A DNA stretch of 64,000 nucleotides from Malacoraja senta (Eukaryota). Shown piece by piece: positions 1 to 11,600 of this stretch; the stretch's first letter is position 1, and each line of letters begins with the position of its first letter. The position numbers were made by a program, and so were the translations under genes. The stretch spans positions 7,380,001-7,444,000 of the forward strand of contig CM075996.1 of NCBI GenBank assembly GCA_038087875.1. Reading direction: 5' to 3'. The notes beneath the pieces are model-generated. The model did not search any database. It had not been told where the DNA came from and saw nothing but the letters and a program-made list of their open reading frames with translations.

Positions 1-1227
1 GGGACTGATTTATAACATCGCCCGGGGGGTATCGCCTCAGCGCAGAGGGAGAAGAGGAGGGAAGAGACTGCAGACCGAAGACTTTTGCCTCCATCACAGT
101 GAGGGGATGCTGGGTGGACTCACTGTGGTGGATGTTAATATGTGTTTATTGTTGTTTTTATTGTATTATATGTATGACTGCTGCAATTTCGTCCAGACTT
201 CGGTCTGAACGACAATAAAGGCATATCTATCTATCTATCTATCCCTCCTAACCCCATTCTCCTGCCTTCTCCCCATAACCCCGTACTAATCAAGAATCTA
301 TCTCAGCCTTAATAAAATATCCATTGACTTGGCCTCCACAGCCGTCTGTGGCAAAGAATTCCACAGATTCACCACCCTCTGGCTAAAGAAATTCCTCCTC
401 ATCTCCTTCGTAAAGGAATTCTGAGGCTTTGACCTCTGGTCTGAGAATCTCCCACTATGCATCCTCTCCACATCCACCCTATCCAAGCCTTTCACTATTC
501 GGTAAGTTTCTATGAGGTTCCCTCCCTCATCCTTTTAAACTCCAGCGAGTACAGGCCCAGTGCCGTCAAAACGCTGAACTAAACTACAGCTTGGTTCAAG
601 AGCAGGGGACTTTTCCGCAGTGCCCAAGGGCCAACATTTATCATTCATCTAAGATCACTGACTCGAGATATCTGCTTGCTTTCTCACCGCTGTTTGTGGT
701 GTGTGCCGTGTACAAATTGGTTACAAGCTAAAACAAAATAGCTCGTTACCTTGCAAATTGCTTTAGGACAAACATAAAATGTTTTTTTTAAAAGAAACAC
801 GAGCTGCCTTTCTTTCCTATTTGTCTTGGCTTTGTGGAGAGCTCTCTTACACCTTTATCAATCCTAAACAGCATGTATTGGTCACACACGAGGGACAATT
901 TACAATATTTCCAAGCCAATTAACCTACAAATCTGCGCGTCTTTGGAGTGTGGGAAGAAACCGGAGCCCCCGGAAAAAACCCACCCGGGTCACGAGGAGA
1001 ACGTACAAACTCCGTACAGACAGCACCCGTGGTCAGGATCGAACCCGGGTCTCTGGCGCTGTGAGGCAGCAGCTCTACCCGCCGCTGTGCCACCGTGCCG
1101 CCCTTGATAAGGAGGATTAATAATAAGAGAGGTGATGCCATCTCCCCGGCCCGACACCATCCCTGGGACACCTGGACAAGGGAGACAGCTGCTATCATAG
1201 ACTCCTTCTACAGTTACACAGAGCTCT

Positions 1228-1700
1228 AGTGAGACCACACCTGGAGTATTGTGTGCAGTTTTGGTCCCCTAATTTGAGGAAGGACATTCTTGCTATTGAG
1301 GGAGTGCAGGGTAGGTTTACAAGGTTAATTCCTGGGATGGCGGGACTGTCATATGCTGAGAGTGGAGCAGCTGGGCTTGTATACTCTGGAGTTTAGAAGG
1401 ATGAGAGGGCATCTCATTGAAACATATAAGATTGTTAAGGGTTTGGACACGCTAGAGGCAGGAAACATGTTCCCGATGTTGGGGGAGTCCAGAACCAGGG
1501 GCCACAGTTTAAGAATAAGGAGTAAGCCATTTAGAACGGAGACGAGGAAACACTTTTTCTCACAGAGAATGGTGAGTCTGTGGAATTCTCTGCCTCAGAG
1601 GGCGGTGGAGGCCGGTTCTCTGGATGCTTTCAAGAGAGAGCTAGATAGGGCTCTTAAAAATAGCGGAGTCAGGGGATATGGGGAGAAGGCAGGAACGGGG
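1228..1700 (+). mobile_element. CR1-like LINE 3' fragment
   Basis: [13 protein letters not shown]...LWNSLPQRAVEA homology. Confidence 0.9.
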
Positions 1701-1701
1701 T

Positions 1702-2092
1702 CCGGCCCCCGCCTCACCCGTCCCGACGTAGTGCAGCCCATGGAGCGCAGCAGCAGCGCCTCGCCTGTGGCCCCGTCGGTCGGTCGGCAGCCTGGCCAGC
1801 TGTCCGACCTTCGGACCTTTGCTTGCCGCCGACACCACCACCCCTCCTTCTCATAGCCGATCATCGGTTCATGAGTTGGATGGGGTGCCGGACTTTGCAC
1901 ACGGCGTCGCGCAGCCCGGGCCAAAACTCCTCAGCTGACCCGCCGGCTGGGCATTGTGTGCAGTCCAGCATCCGGGCCAACTCATCATTCACCCAGCCAC
2001 GGCCGAGTCGGTCAACGAATTGCCGTCGGGAATTTGTCCCTTATTTTGACCTTTTGTCCCTTATTTGGGAGTGAGAAAGTTGGCCACCCTAG
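1702..2092. mobile_element. Probable DNA-transposon remnant
   Basis: GC-rich block ending in GTTGGCCACCCTA, resembling a hAT-type terminal repeat; the other end was not seen. Confidence 0.35.
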
Positions 2093-2676
2093 ACGAGACG
2101 GAGTACAGGAAGGAGATTGACCTTCTGCCAACAACCTTTGGTAAATTGAGTTGGATTTGAACTTCACTCTGCAGTTGCCGATGTAACAGATGAAGCTGTT
2201 ATGTTCCTGCAGTCTGTGTGGATGACTCTAGGCCGACACCCACTGGACTGCTGAGGAAGTGCGGCAGAAGGCAACGCCTTCAGAACAGTGCATTAAATCT
2301 CTCAGGGAGAAGAGAGAAGAGAGAAGTGAGTCCATTTCAATGAAGACCTGAGGATGGAGGGGAGAGGAGGAGGAGGAGGAGGAGGAACAGATGGATGTGG
2401 TTGGGAATACCCATCCAACTCAATTTACAAGTCGTGGAAACAAAGAACTGCAGATGCTGCCCTTTACCAAAGATAGACCCAAAGTGCTGGAGTAACTCAG
2501 CGGGTCAGACAGGTGAGGACATATAGGGTCCTGACCCAAAACGTCACTCATCCTCTTTCTCCAGGGATGCTGCCTGACCCGCTGAGTTATTCCAGTATTT
2601 TGCATCTATCTTTGGTATAAACCTGCGTCTGTAGTTCTACACACACACACACACACACACTCGCAGATTCACACGC

Positions 2677-4980
2677 ATATGACTGTGCCTGAAACCCTCT
2701 GTCGGTGGATCACCAACTTCCTGACAGACAGGAAGCAGCATGTGAGGCTGGGAAAGCACATCTCGGACCCGCAAAGGCTCAGCATAGGAGCACCGCAAGG
2801 CTGCGTACTCTCTCCTCTCTACTCTCTCTACACCAACGACTGCACCTCCACGGACTCCTCTGTCAAGCTTCTCAAGTTTGCGGATGACACAACCCTGATT
2901 GGACTGATCCAGGATGGGGAGGAATGTGCCTACAGACAGGAAGTGATACAGCTGGCGTCCTGGTGCCATCGCAACAACCTGGAGCTCAATGCTCTTATGA
3001 CAGTGGAATTGATTGTAGACTTTAGGAGAGCTCCCCCTCCCCTCACCCCACTCACCATCAACAACACCGCAGTCACATCTGTGGAGTTGATAGGGGAGAA
3101 CCAGTGGATGTGTTGTATCTGGACTTTCAGAAGGCTTTCGACAAGGTACCACATAAGAGATTAGGATACAAACTTAAATCACACGGTATTGGGGGTTCAG
3201 TATTGATGTGGATAGAGAACTGGCTGGCAAACAGGAAGCAAAGAGTAGGAGTAAATGGGTCCTTTTCACAATGGCAGGCAGTGACTAGTGGGGTACCGCA
3301 AGGCTCAGTGCTGGGACCCCAGCTATTTACAATTTATATTAATGATCTGGACGAGGGAATTGAAAGCAACATCTCCAAGTTTGCGGATGACACTAAGCTG
3401 GGGGGCAGTGTTAGCTGTGAGGAGGATGCTAGGAGACTGCAAGGTGACTTGGATAGGCTGGGTGAGTGGGCAAATGTTTGGCAGATGCAGTATAATGTGG
3501 ATAAATGTGAGGTTATCCACTTTGGTAGCAAAAACGGGAAGGCAGACTATTATCTAAATGGTGGCCGATTAGGAAATGGGGAGATGCAGCGAGACCTGGG
3601 TGTCATGGTACACCAGTCATTGAAAGTAGGCATGCAGGTGCAGCAGGCAGTGAAGAAAGCGAATGGTATGTTGGCCTTCATAGCAAGAGGATTTGAGTAT
3701 AGGAGCAGGGAGGTTCTACTGCAGTTGTACAGGGTCTTGGTGAGACCACACCTGGAGTATTGCGTACAGTTTTGGTCTCCAAATCTGAAGAAGGACATTA
3801 TAGCCATAGAGGGAGTGCAGAGAAGGTTCACCAGACTGATTCCGGGGATGTCAGGACTTTCATATGAAGAAAGACTGGATAGACTTGGCTTATACTCGCT
3901 AGAATTTAGGAGATTGAGAGGGGATCTTATAGAAACGTACAAAATTCTTATGGGGTTGGACAGGCTAGATGCAGGAAGATTGTTCCCGATGTTGGGGAAG
4001 TCCAGGACAAGGGGTCACAGCTTAAGGATAAGGGGGAAATCCTTTAAGACCGAGATGAGGAAAAACTTTTTCACACAGAGAGTGGTGAATCTCTGGAACT
4101 CTCTGCCACAGAGGGTAGTTGAGGCCAGTTCATTGGCTATATTTAAGAGGGAATTAGATGTGGCCCTTGTGGCTAAAGGGATCAGGGGGTATGGAGAGAA
4201 GGCAGGTACGGGATACTGAGTTGGATGATCAGCCATGATCCTATTGAATGGCGGTGCAGGCCCGAAGGGCCGAATGGCCTACTCCTGCACCTATTTTCTA
4301 TGTATCTATGTATCTATGAGTCTTAAGTTCCTGGGAACCATCATCTCCAATCTTAAGTGGGGGGCTACCATCGACTCAACAGTCAAAAAGGCACAACAGA
4401 GGATGTACTTCCTGCGGCAGCTGAGGAAGCACAATCTGCCGCAGGCAATGATGGTCCAATTCTATACGGCCATCGTAGAGTCTGTTCTCACCTTATCCAT
4501 CATTGTCTGGTTTGGGTCAGCCACCAAGCACGACACCTGGAGGCTGCAGCGAATCGTTCGATCAGCAGAGAAGATTATTGGCTGCAACCTTCCCTCTAGT
4601 GATGAACTGTACACTGCAAGGGCCAAGAAGCGAGCGGGCAAGATCATCTCTGACCCCTCTCACCCTGGCCACAAACTCTTTGAATCACTTCCCTCTGGAA
4701 GGCGACTCCGGACTGTCAAAGCTGCCACAGCCAGACATAAAATAGTTTTTATCCACGAGTAGTTGCTCTACTCAACAGCCAAAAATCTGTAGCCTCCCTT
4801 TGATCTGGTATTTTGTTGGTTCACATGCTTGATCAATGGTGTTTAATGTTTTATTATTATTAATGTTTAGTGTTTTCTGAGTCATTTGTAACTGTCACTG
4901 TATGTCATGTTGTTACTTGTGGGCGGAGCACCAAGGCAAATTCCTTGTATGTGAATACTTGGCCAATAAACTTACTTTCT
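2677..4980 (+). mobile_element. Rex1/Babar-like LINE 3' part, interrupted by the CR1 at 3088-4317
   Basis: GAPQGCVLSPLYSLYTND, KFADDTTLIGLI and KKAQQRMYFLRQL...HPGHKLFESLPSGRR motifs; 3' UTR with AATAAA. Confidence 0.88.
3088..4317 (+). mobile_element. 5'-truncated CR1/HER1-like LINE with uninterrupted RT C-terminal ORF (3104-4219)
   Basis: [30 protein letters not shown] and [13 protein letters not shown] motifs; (TATGTATC)n tail; flanked by a GAGT duplication. Confidence 0.95.
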
Positions 4981-5039
4981 TATATTCACACACACACACG
5001 TGCGCGCACACACATATACACATATCTCCACCATTTTTG

Positions 5040-5835
5040 ACAGCATATAATCCTCCAACATTTTCGCCACCTCCAACGGGATCCCACTACTGGCCACATC
5101 TTCCCATCTCCACCCCTTTCTGCTTTCCGCAGAAACCGTTCCCCCCGTAACTCCCTGATCAACTCGTCCCTTCCCAACCAAACCACCCCCTCCCCAGGTA
5201 CTTTCCCCTGCAACCGCAGGAGATGCAACACCTGTCCCTTTACCTCCACCCTCGACTCCATCCAAGGACCCCGATAGTCTTTCCAGGTGAGGTAGAGGTT
5301 CACTTGCACCTCCTCCAACCTCATCTACTGTATCCGCTGTTCCAGGTGTCAACTCCTGTACATTGGCGAGACCAAGCGCAGGCTCGGCGATCGTTTCGCT
5401 GAACACCTCCGCTCAGTCCGCCTTAACCTGCCTGATCTCCTGGTTGCTCAGCACTTTAACTCCCCCTCCCATTCCCACACTGACCTTTCTGTCCTGGGCC
5501 TCCTCCATTGTCAGTGAGGCCCAGCACAAATTGGAGGAACACCACCTCATATTTCACTTGGGCAGCTTACACCCCAGCGGTATGAATGTTGACTTCTCTA
5601 ACTTCAAGTAGCCCTTCTTTTCCCTCTCTCTCCATCCCCCTCCCCCTTCCCCAGTTCTCCCACTAGTCTTACTGTCTCCGACTACATTCTATCTCTGTCC
5701 CGCCCACTCCCCTGACATCAGTCTGAAGGAGGGTCTCGACCCGAAATCTCCAGAGATGCTGCCTGTCCTGCTGAGTTACTCCAGCACTTTTGTGTCTACT
5801 TTCAATGTAAACCAGCATCTGCAGTTCTTTCCTAC
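5040..5835 (+). mobile_element. Penelope-like element 3' fragment (degenerate)
   Basis: Homologous to 48795-49600; YIGETKRRLGDRFAEH and EEHHLIFHLGSLHPSGMNVDF, with stops/frameshift. Confidence 0.88.
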
Positions 5836-6400
5836 ACACATATACACATACACACATAAATTCACACATATACACACATACAAACACACAGGCACATACA
5901 CACATATATATACAAAGACACATACACACACACACACATACACACACACACAAGCACATACACACACACATATACACACGCATACACATACACACACAGA
6001 TACAAAGACACATAGACACATACATACACAAATGCACACACACATATATAGACACACACACGCACACATACACACACACATATACACACGCATACACATA
6101 CACACACATATACAAAGACACATACACACACATATATACAAAGACACATACACATGTACACATATACACGCACACATATACAAAGCCACATACACACATA
6201 TATACAAAGACACATACACACACACATATACAGACACGCACACACACACACATACATACACACACATATACAAAGCCACATATGCACACACACACACACA
6301 TATATACAAAGCCACATGCACACACATACACACATATATACAAAGACACATACATACACACACATACATACAAAGACACATACAGATATGCATACGTGCA
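5835..6400. repeat. Compound (CA/TA)n micro/minisatellite just upstream of IGF exon 1
   Basis: Alternating purine-pyrimidine run with a recurring CACATATATACAAAG(A/C)CACAT higher-order unit. Confidence 0.95.
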
Positions 6401-6519
6401 CAGAGGAACAAAGTCCTCAGGTCAGGCTGTGTTAGCCTTGGCTGTGGTCTCCACTGGGTCAAAGTTGAGTGTCTGCACTGTGGATCTCCCCAGTCACTGC
6501 TGGTCCGGGACACTGCACA

Positions 6520-6597
6520 ATGATGGTGAGGCTGCTGTCCCTCAGCTCCACCGGGACCTCCCAGGACCCTGCTCTCACATGCCTGGACATATTCAAG
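6520..6597 (+). CDS. IGF-family prepropeptide, first coding (leader) exon, MMVRLLSLSSTGTSQDPALTCLDIFK
   Basis: ATG at 6520 (second ATG at 6523). Ends AAG|GTAAGT, a perfect phase-0 donor that joins in frame to the exon at 8489. The C-terminal CLDIFK resembles the end of vertebrate IGF1 exon 1 (CFCDFLK / LCDVFK). Confidence 0.75.
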
Positions 6598-7745
6598 GTA
6601 AGTCACAACACTTCAAGCCATTCGGCAACTTCACACATTCAGTGCAATGATTTCCACGTCTTTGAAGCTTTGCAACAAACACACTGATACCGTTACCCTG
6701 CATCAGGGCGGAACGCTGGCGCAGCGGGTAGAGCTGCTGCCTCACAGCGCCGGAGAGCCGGGTTCGATCCCGACTATGGGCGCTGTCTGTGTGGAGTTTT
6801 GTACGTTCTCCCCGTGACCCGCGTGGGGTTTCTCCGGGTGCTCCAGATTCCTCCCACATCCCAAAGACCTGCAGGTTTGCAGGTTAATTGGCTTCTGTAA
6901 AAAAAATTACCCCTAGTGTGTAGGAATTGGATAAGAAAATGGGACAACACAGAACCAGTGTGTGAATGCATGATCGATGGTTGGTGTGGGACTCGGTGTG
7001 GGACTCAGTTTCCAAGCAGTACCTCGAAACTAAGCTAATCTCATGGTAGACAAAAGTGCTGGAGAAACTCAGCGGGTGCAGCAGCATCTATGGAGCGAAG
7101 AAAATAGGCAGCGTTTCGGGCCGAAACCCTTCTTCAGACTCACAGTATTTTGTGCAAAGTTCATTGGAGCTTACAGCACAACTGAGGCCATTCTGACCAT
7201 CCTGGCTATCCTAGCTCATCGAAAGTCCCTTTGTTAATTAGCCCCATTCTCCCAATCCCCTCCCAAATCCATGCAAATTTCAAGCAATTCCCCACTTTGG
7301 AAAAATCCTCTTAAATCTGCTTCCACTGTCCTTTTCTGCAGCATGTCATGGCAATGTTTAAAAAATATCATCTCTCTCTCTTTCCTCTTATCTCTCCCCC
7401 TGTCTCTCGGTTCTTTTGCCAAAGCTATGGACAGCGAACAGCCGTATTTGTGCATAGCGAGCTCATATAAACAATGGCAAGATGGAGTAAACAGTACAGA
7501 ATAACTTCAGAGGTTGTATTGGTCAGGTAGGCGACAGTTTCGTTTAGTTTCGATAGAATTGTCTGTGGTCATTGAAGATATGAGATAGTGGTGTGTGGTA
7601 TAGATTAAATATGATATATATGCCTGCTCTCAGAGCATTCTCATCAGTATGGGCAGTAGAGTGGTGTAGTGATCTAGTTGCTGCTTTACAGCGCCAGAGA
7701 CCAGAGTTCGATCCTGACTACGGGTGCTGTCTGTACGGAGTTTGT

Positions 7746-8164
7746 ACCAGAGATCCTATAACAAACAAGATAGATCACTCGACGAAAAAGACGTAGTATG
7801 GTCATGGGCAGATTCATGGGGAATTTTCGGCCCCATTTCCATAACCGACTTCCGTCTCCGCACCAAAGATCCCATAGCGGAGCAAGGATAACTAGTGCGG
7901 TGACGGAAGCCGGTTACGGAAACATCCTCGTAAAAATAAAAGTTATTTGGTAAAAATCTTCTCCTCATTTTCAGAATTATAATTTATTAACACAAACTGT
8001 TCCCCCGCAACGTTGATTACACTGCGGGTCGGGTCGGGTCGGGTCGGGTCTGGTTACTGAAATGGATGGAAAAAACGCCCATATTCCGCTCCGTTGCGTA
8101 CTACACGTCAGCCCATTGCATTTAGCAGGAGTGGTCTATCTTGCTCCGCTATAGGATCTTTGGT
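7746..8164. mobile_element. Unclassified MITE inserted into a SINE (near-identical copy at 53828-54227; fragments at ~12862-13008, 23538-23718)
   Basis: TIR ACCA(G/A)AGATCCTATA...TATAGGATCTTTGGT; internal (GGGTC)n. Confidence 0.75.
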
Positions 8165-8488
8165 CTGCACGTTCTCCCCGTGTCCGCGTGGGTTTTCTCC
8201 GAGATCTTCGGTTTCCTCCCGCACTCCAAATACATGCAGGTACTCGGCGGGCCGAAGGGCCTGTTTCCGCGTTGTATCTCTAGACTAAACTAAACTAAAC
8301 CTGTTCGACTGGAGAAAAGGAAGAGGTGACGAAGGAAGAGGAAACGTCACCTCTTCCTTTTCTCCAGAGATGCTGCCTGTCCCGCTCAGCTACTCCGGGC
8401 ATTTTGTGTCTATTTTCGGTGTGAACCAGCATCAGCAGTTCCTTCCCACTGGAGAGACCCGAGACAGTTTTTCATGCTCTTTCCGCAG

Positions 8489-8648
8489 GCAGTTGGCTGC
8501 AACAGTGTGGTGCAGAAGTCTCTGTGTGTCGCGTTGGTTCTCACTGGCTGCCTGGGGGTTTCCACCACGAGGACTGAGGAGACACTGTGCGGGGCCGAGC
8601 TTGTGGACGCCCTGCAGTTTGTCTGTGCTGAGCGGGGCTTCTACTTTG
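8489..8648 (+). CDS. Insulin-like growth factor, signal peptide + B-domain exon (IGF1/2/3 unresolved; IGF3-type favoured)
   Basis: Acceptor ctctttccgcAG at 8487-8488 and donor G|GTGAGG at 8649. The 160-nt phase 0/1 exon encodes [53 protein letters not shown], which contains the canonical IGF B domain and ends at the conserved intron position. Confidence 0.95.
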
Positions 8649-11600
8649 GTGAGGACCCTCCCCACTTTGTCTTTGACTTTCACAGTGTTAACACGGAGAA
8701 CACGGCTTCTACACCAGTCCGTAAGGTCATAAGTGATAGGAGCAGAATTAGGCCATTCGGCCCATCAAGTCTACTCCGCCATTCAATCATGATTGATCCA
8801 TCCCTCCCTCCTAACCCCATTCTCCTGCCTTCTCTCCATAACCCCTGACACCCGTACTAATCAAAGATTAGCTGCCTCAAAAAGGCTGGCAGCATCATCA
8901 AGGACCCACACCACCCTGGCCACACATTCATCTCCCCGCTGCCTTCAGGTAGAAGGTACAGGAGCCTGAAATCTGCAACATCCAGGTTCAGGAATAGCCA
9001 CTTCCCCACAGCCATCAGGCTATTAAACTCAACTCAAACAAAACTCTGATCATTAACAGCCCATTGCACTTTATCTGTTTATTTATGTGTGTATATATAT
9101 ATATATTCAATGGTATATGGACACACTGAACTGTTCTGTATTTATTCATGCCTGCTATATTCTGTTGTGCTGAAGCAAAGCAAGAATTTCATTGTCCTAT
9201 CTGGGACACATGACAATAAACTCTCTTGAATCTTGAGGTAGACAAAAATGCTGGAGTAACTCAGCGGGTGAGGGTGAGGCAGCATCTATGGAGCGAAGCA
9301 ATAGGTGATGTTTCGGGTCAAGACCCTTCTTCAGACTGATCTCTACTCCCGTACTAATCAAGAACAGTTCAGCTCGGGGAAGGATTGCCCGCCCAGCATG
9401 GGGTGGCACAGCGGTAGAGTTACTGCCTTACAGCGCTTACAGCACCAGACACCCGGGTTCGATCCCGACTGTGGGTTCTGACTGTGCGGAGTTTGCACGT
9501 TCTCCCTGTGACCCGCGTGGGTTTTCTCCGAGATCTTTAGTTTCCTCCCGCACTCCAAAGACGTGCAGGTTTGTTGGTTAATTGGCTTGACGTTTTTTTG
9601 AAAATATTTTTTATTGGAGATAAGTACACAACATATTATCATCATTACCAGTCTTACATTTTTAAATTGATAATATTGTCAATTATTATTACATTGTCTC
9701 CAATACCTTTTGCCTTTTTTTTTTAAACTAGATAGAACTAAAAAGATAGATGAAGTAAAGAAAGAAAAGAGAAAGAAAAAAAAAAGAAGAAAAAAAAAAA
9801 AGAAAAAAGAAAACAGAAAAGAAAAAGATAGTTAAAGAAGAATGGAAACATTTATTAAGATAAAAAACTTCGTTCGAGATATATTCGTACATTTCAGAGT
9901 ATAACATTTCATCCATTCTTTAGCCCGAGTGTTAGTCAGGCGTAAGTGTAAATTGTCCCTGGTGTGTAGGGTAGTGTTAGTACGCAGGGATCGCCGGTCA
10001 GTGCGGACCCGGTGGGTTGAAGGGCCTGTTTCCGCGCTGTATCTCTAAACTAAACTAAACTAATGGGTAAATAAAGGCAGTATCTGTGGACAGGGAAGTG
10101 GAGTCAACATTACAGGATGTGTAGCGAGGAACTGCAGATGCTGGTTTACTCCGAAGATAGACACAAAGTGCTGGAGTAACTCAGCGGCCCAACTTGCCCA
10201 CACCGGCCAACATGATCCATATCCTTCCAAACCTGTTCTATCCATGTACCATATCTAACCGTTTCCTAAGTGTTGGGATGGCCCTTGTCTCAACTACCTC
10301 CTCCGGCAGCTTGTTCCATACACCCACCAACCTTTGTGTGTAAATGTTACCCCTGGGATTCCTATTAAATCTTTTCCCCTTCAGCTTGAACCTATGTCCT
10401 CTGGTCCTCGATTCACCTACTCTGGGCAAGAGACTCTGTACATCTACCCGATCTATTCCCCTCATGATTTTAGTTGAGTTAGTTATTGTCACGTGTATCG
10501 AGGTGCATTGAAGTTGACCTTTCATCAGAAGTTAGGGATGAAATAAGTGTTAAGATGCCGAGAAAGTAGGAAAGGAATGGTGAGAACTGCGTTTGAGTTT
10601 TGTTTCTTGTCACATGTACCGAGGTACAGTGAAAAGCTTTTTTTGTGTGCTAACCAGTCAGCAGAAAGACAGTACATGATTACAATCAATCGCCCACCGT
10701 GTACAGGTACACGATAAAGAGAATAATGTGAGTAAGGTAGACAAAAGTGCTGGAGAAACTCAGCGGGTGCAGCAGCATCTATGGAGCGAAGGAAATAGGC
10801 AACGTTTCGGGCCGAAACCCTTCTTGAGACGTGAGTAACGTTTAGTGCAAGATAAAGTCCAGTAAAGTCCAATCAAAGATAGCCCGAGGGTCTCCAATGA
10901 GGTAGATAGTGGTTCAGGACTGCTCTCTAGTTGTGGTGGGATGATTTAGTTGCCTCATTGCCTGGGAAGAAACTGTCCCTGAATCTGGAGGTGTGCGTTT
11001 TCACACTTCTGAACCTCTTGCCCGATGGGAGAGGGGAGAAGAGGGGAGTGGTCAGGGTGCGACTGGTCCTTGATTATGCTGCTGGCCTTGCCGAGGCAGC
11101 GTGAGGTGGAGACGGGTTCATTGCCGGAGGGCAAGTTTATGGAACTCAGGAGTGATTGAATGACGTGGCACTTGGATGGGTCAGTGGGGAGATGGTGGTA
11201 AACGCGAGGCAGTGGGAGGAGGGGTAACTAAGAGCTGAAATATAGTTAGGTCAGCACGGTGGCACAGCGGTAAAGCTACTCCCTCACAGCACCAGGAACA
11301 CTGGTCTGATCCTGACCTCGGGTGCTGCCTGTACGGAGTTTGTACGTTCTCCCTGTGACCGCGTGGGTTTCCTCTGGGTGCTCTGGTTTCCTCCCACATC
11401 CCAAAGACGAACGGGTTGGTAAATTAACTGTCCTCTGTAAAATTGCCCCTCGGGAGTGGATGCGAAAGTGGGAGAACATAGCACTAATGTGAACGGGTGA
11501 TTGATGGTTGGCTTGGCCGAAGGGCCTGTTCCCATTCTGTATCTCCTAATTAAACTCAAATTGCTATTGGTTACCTTTGATATTGCTCTCCATGCCATCA

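Noticed and set aside
5669..6650. Long HT/CV-rich ORFs
   Set aside because: Translation artefacts of the (CA/TA)n repeat.
7427..7530. Alternative IGF coding first exon ending at CAG|GTAGGC
   Set aside because: No ATG-initiated open frame reaches the donor in phase 0 (in-frame TAA); at most a non-coding exon.
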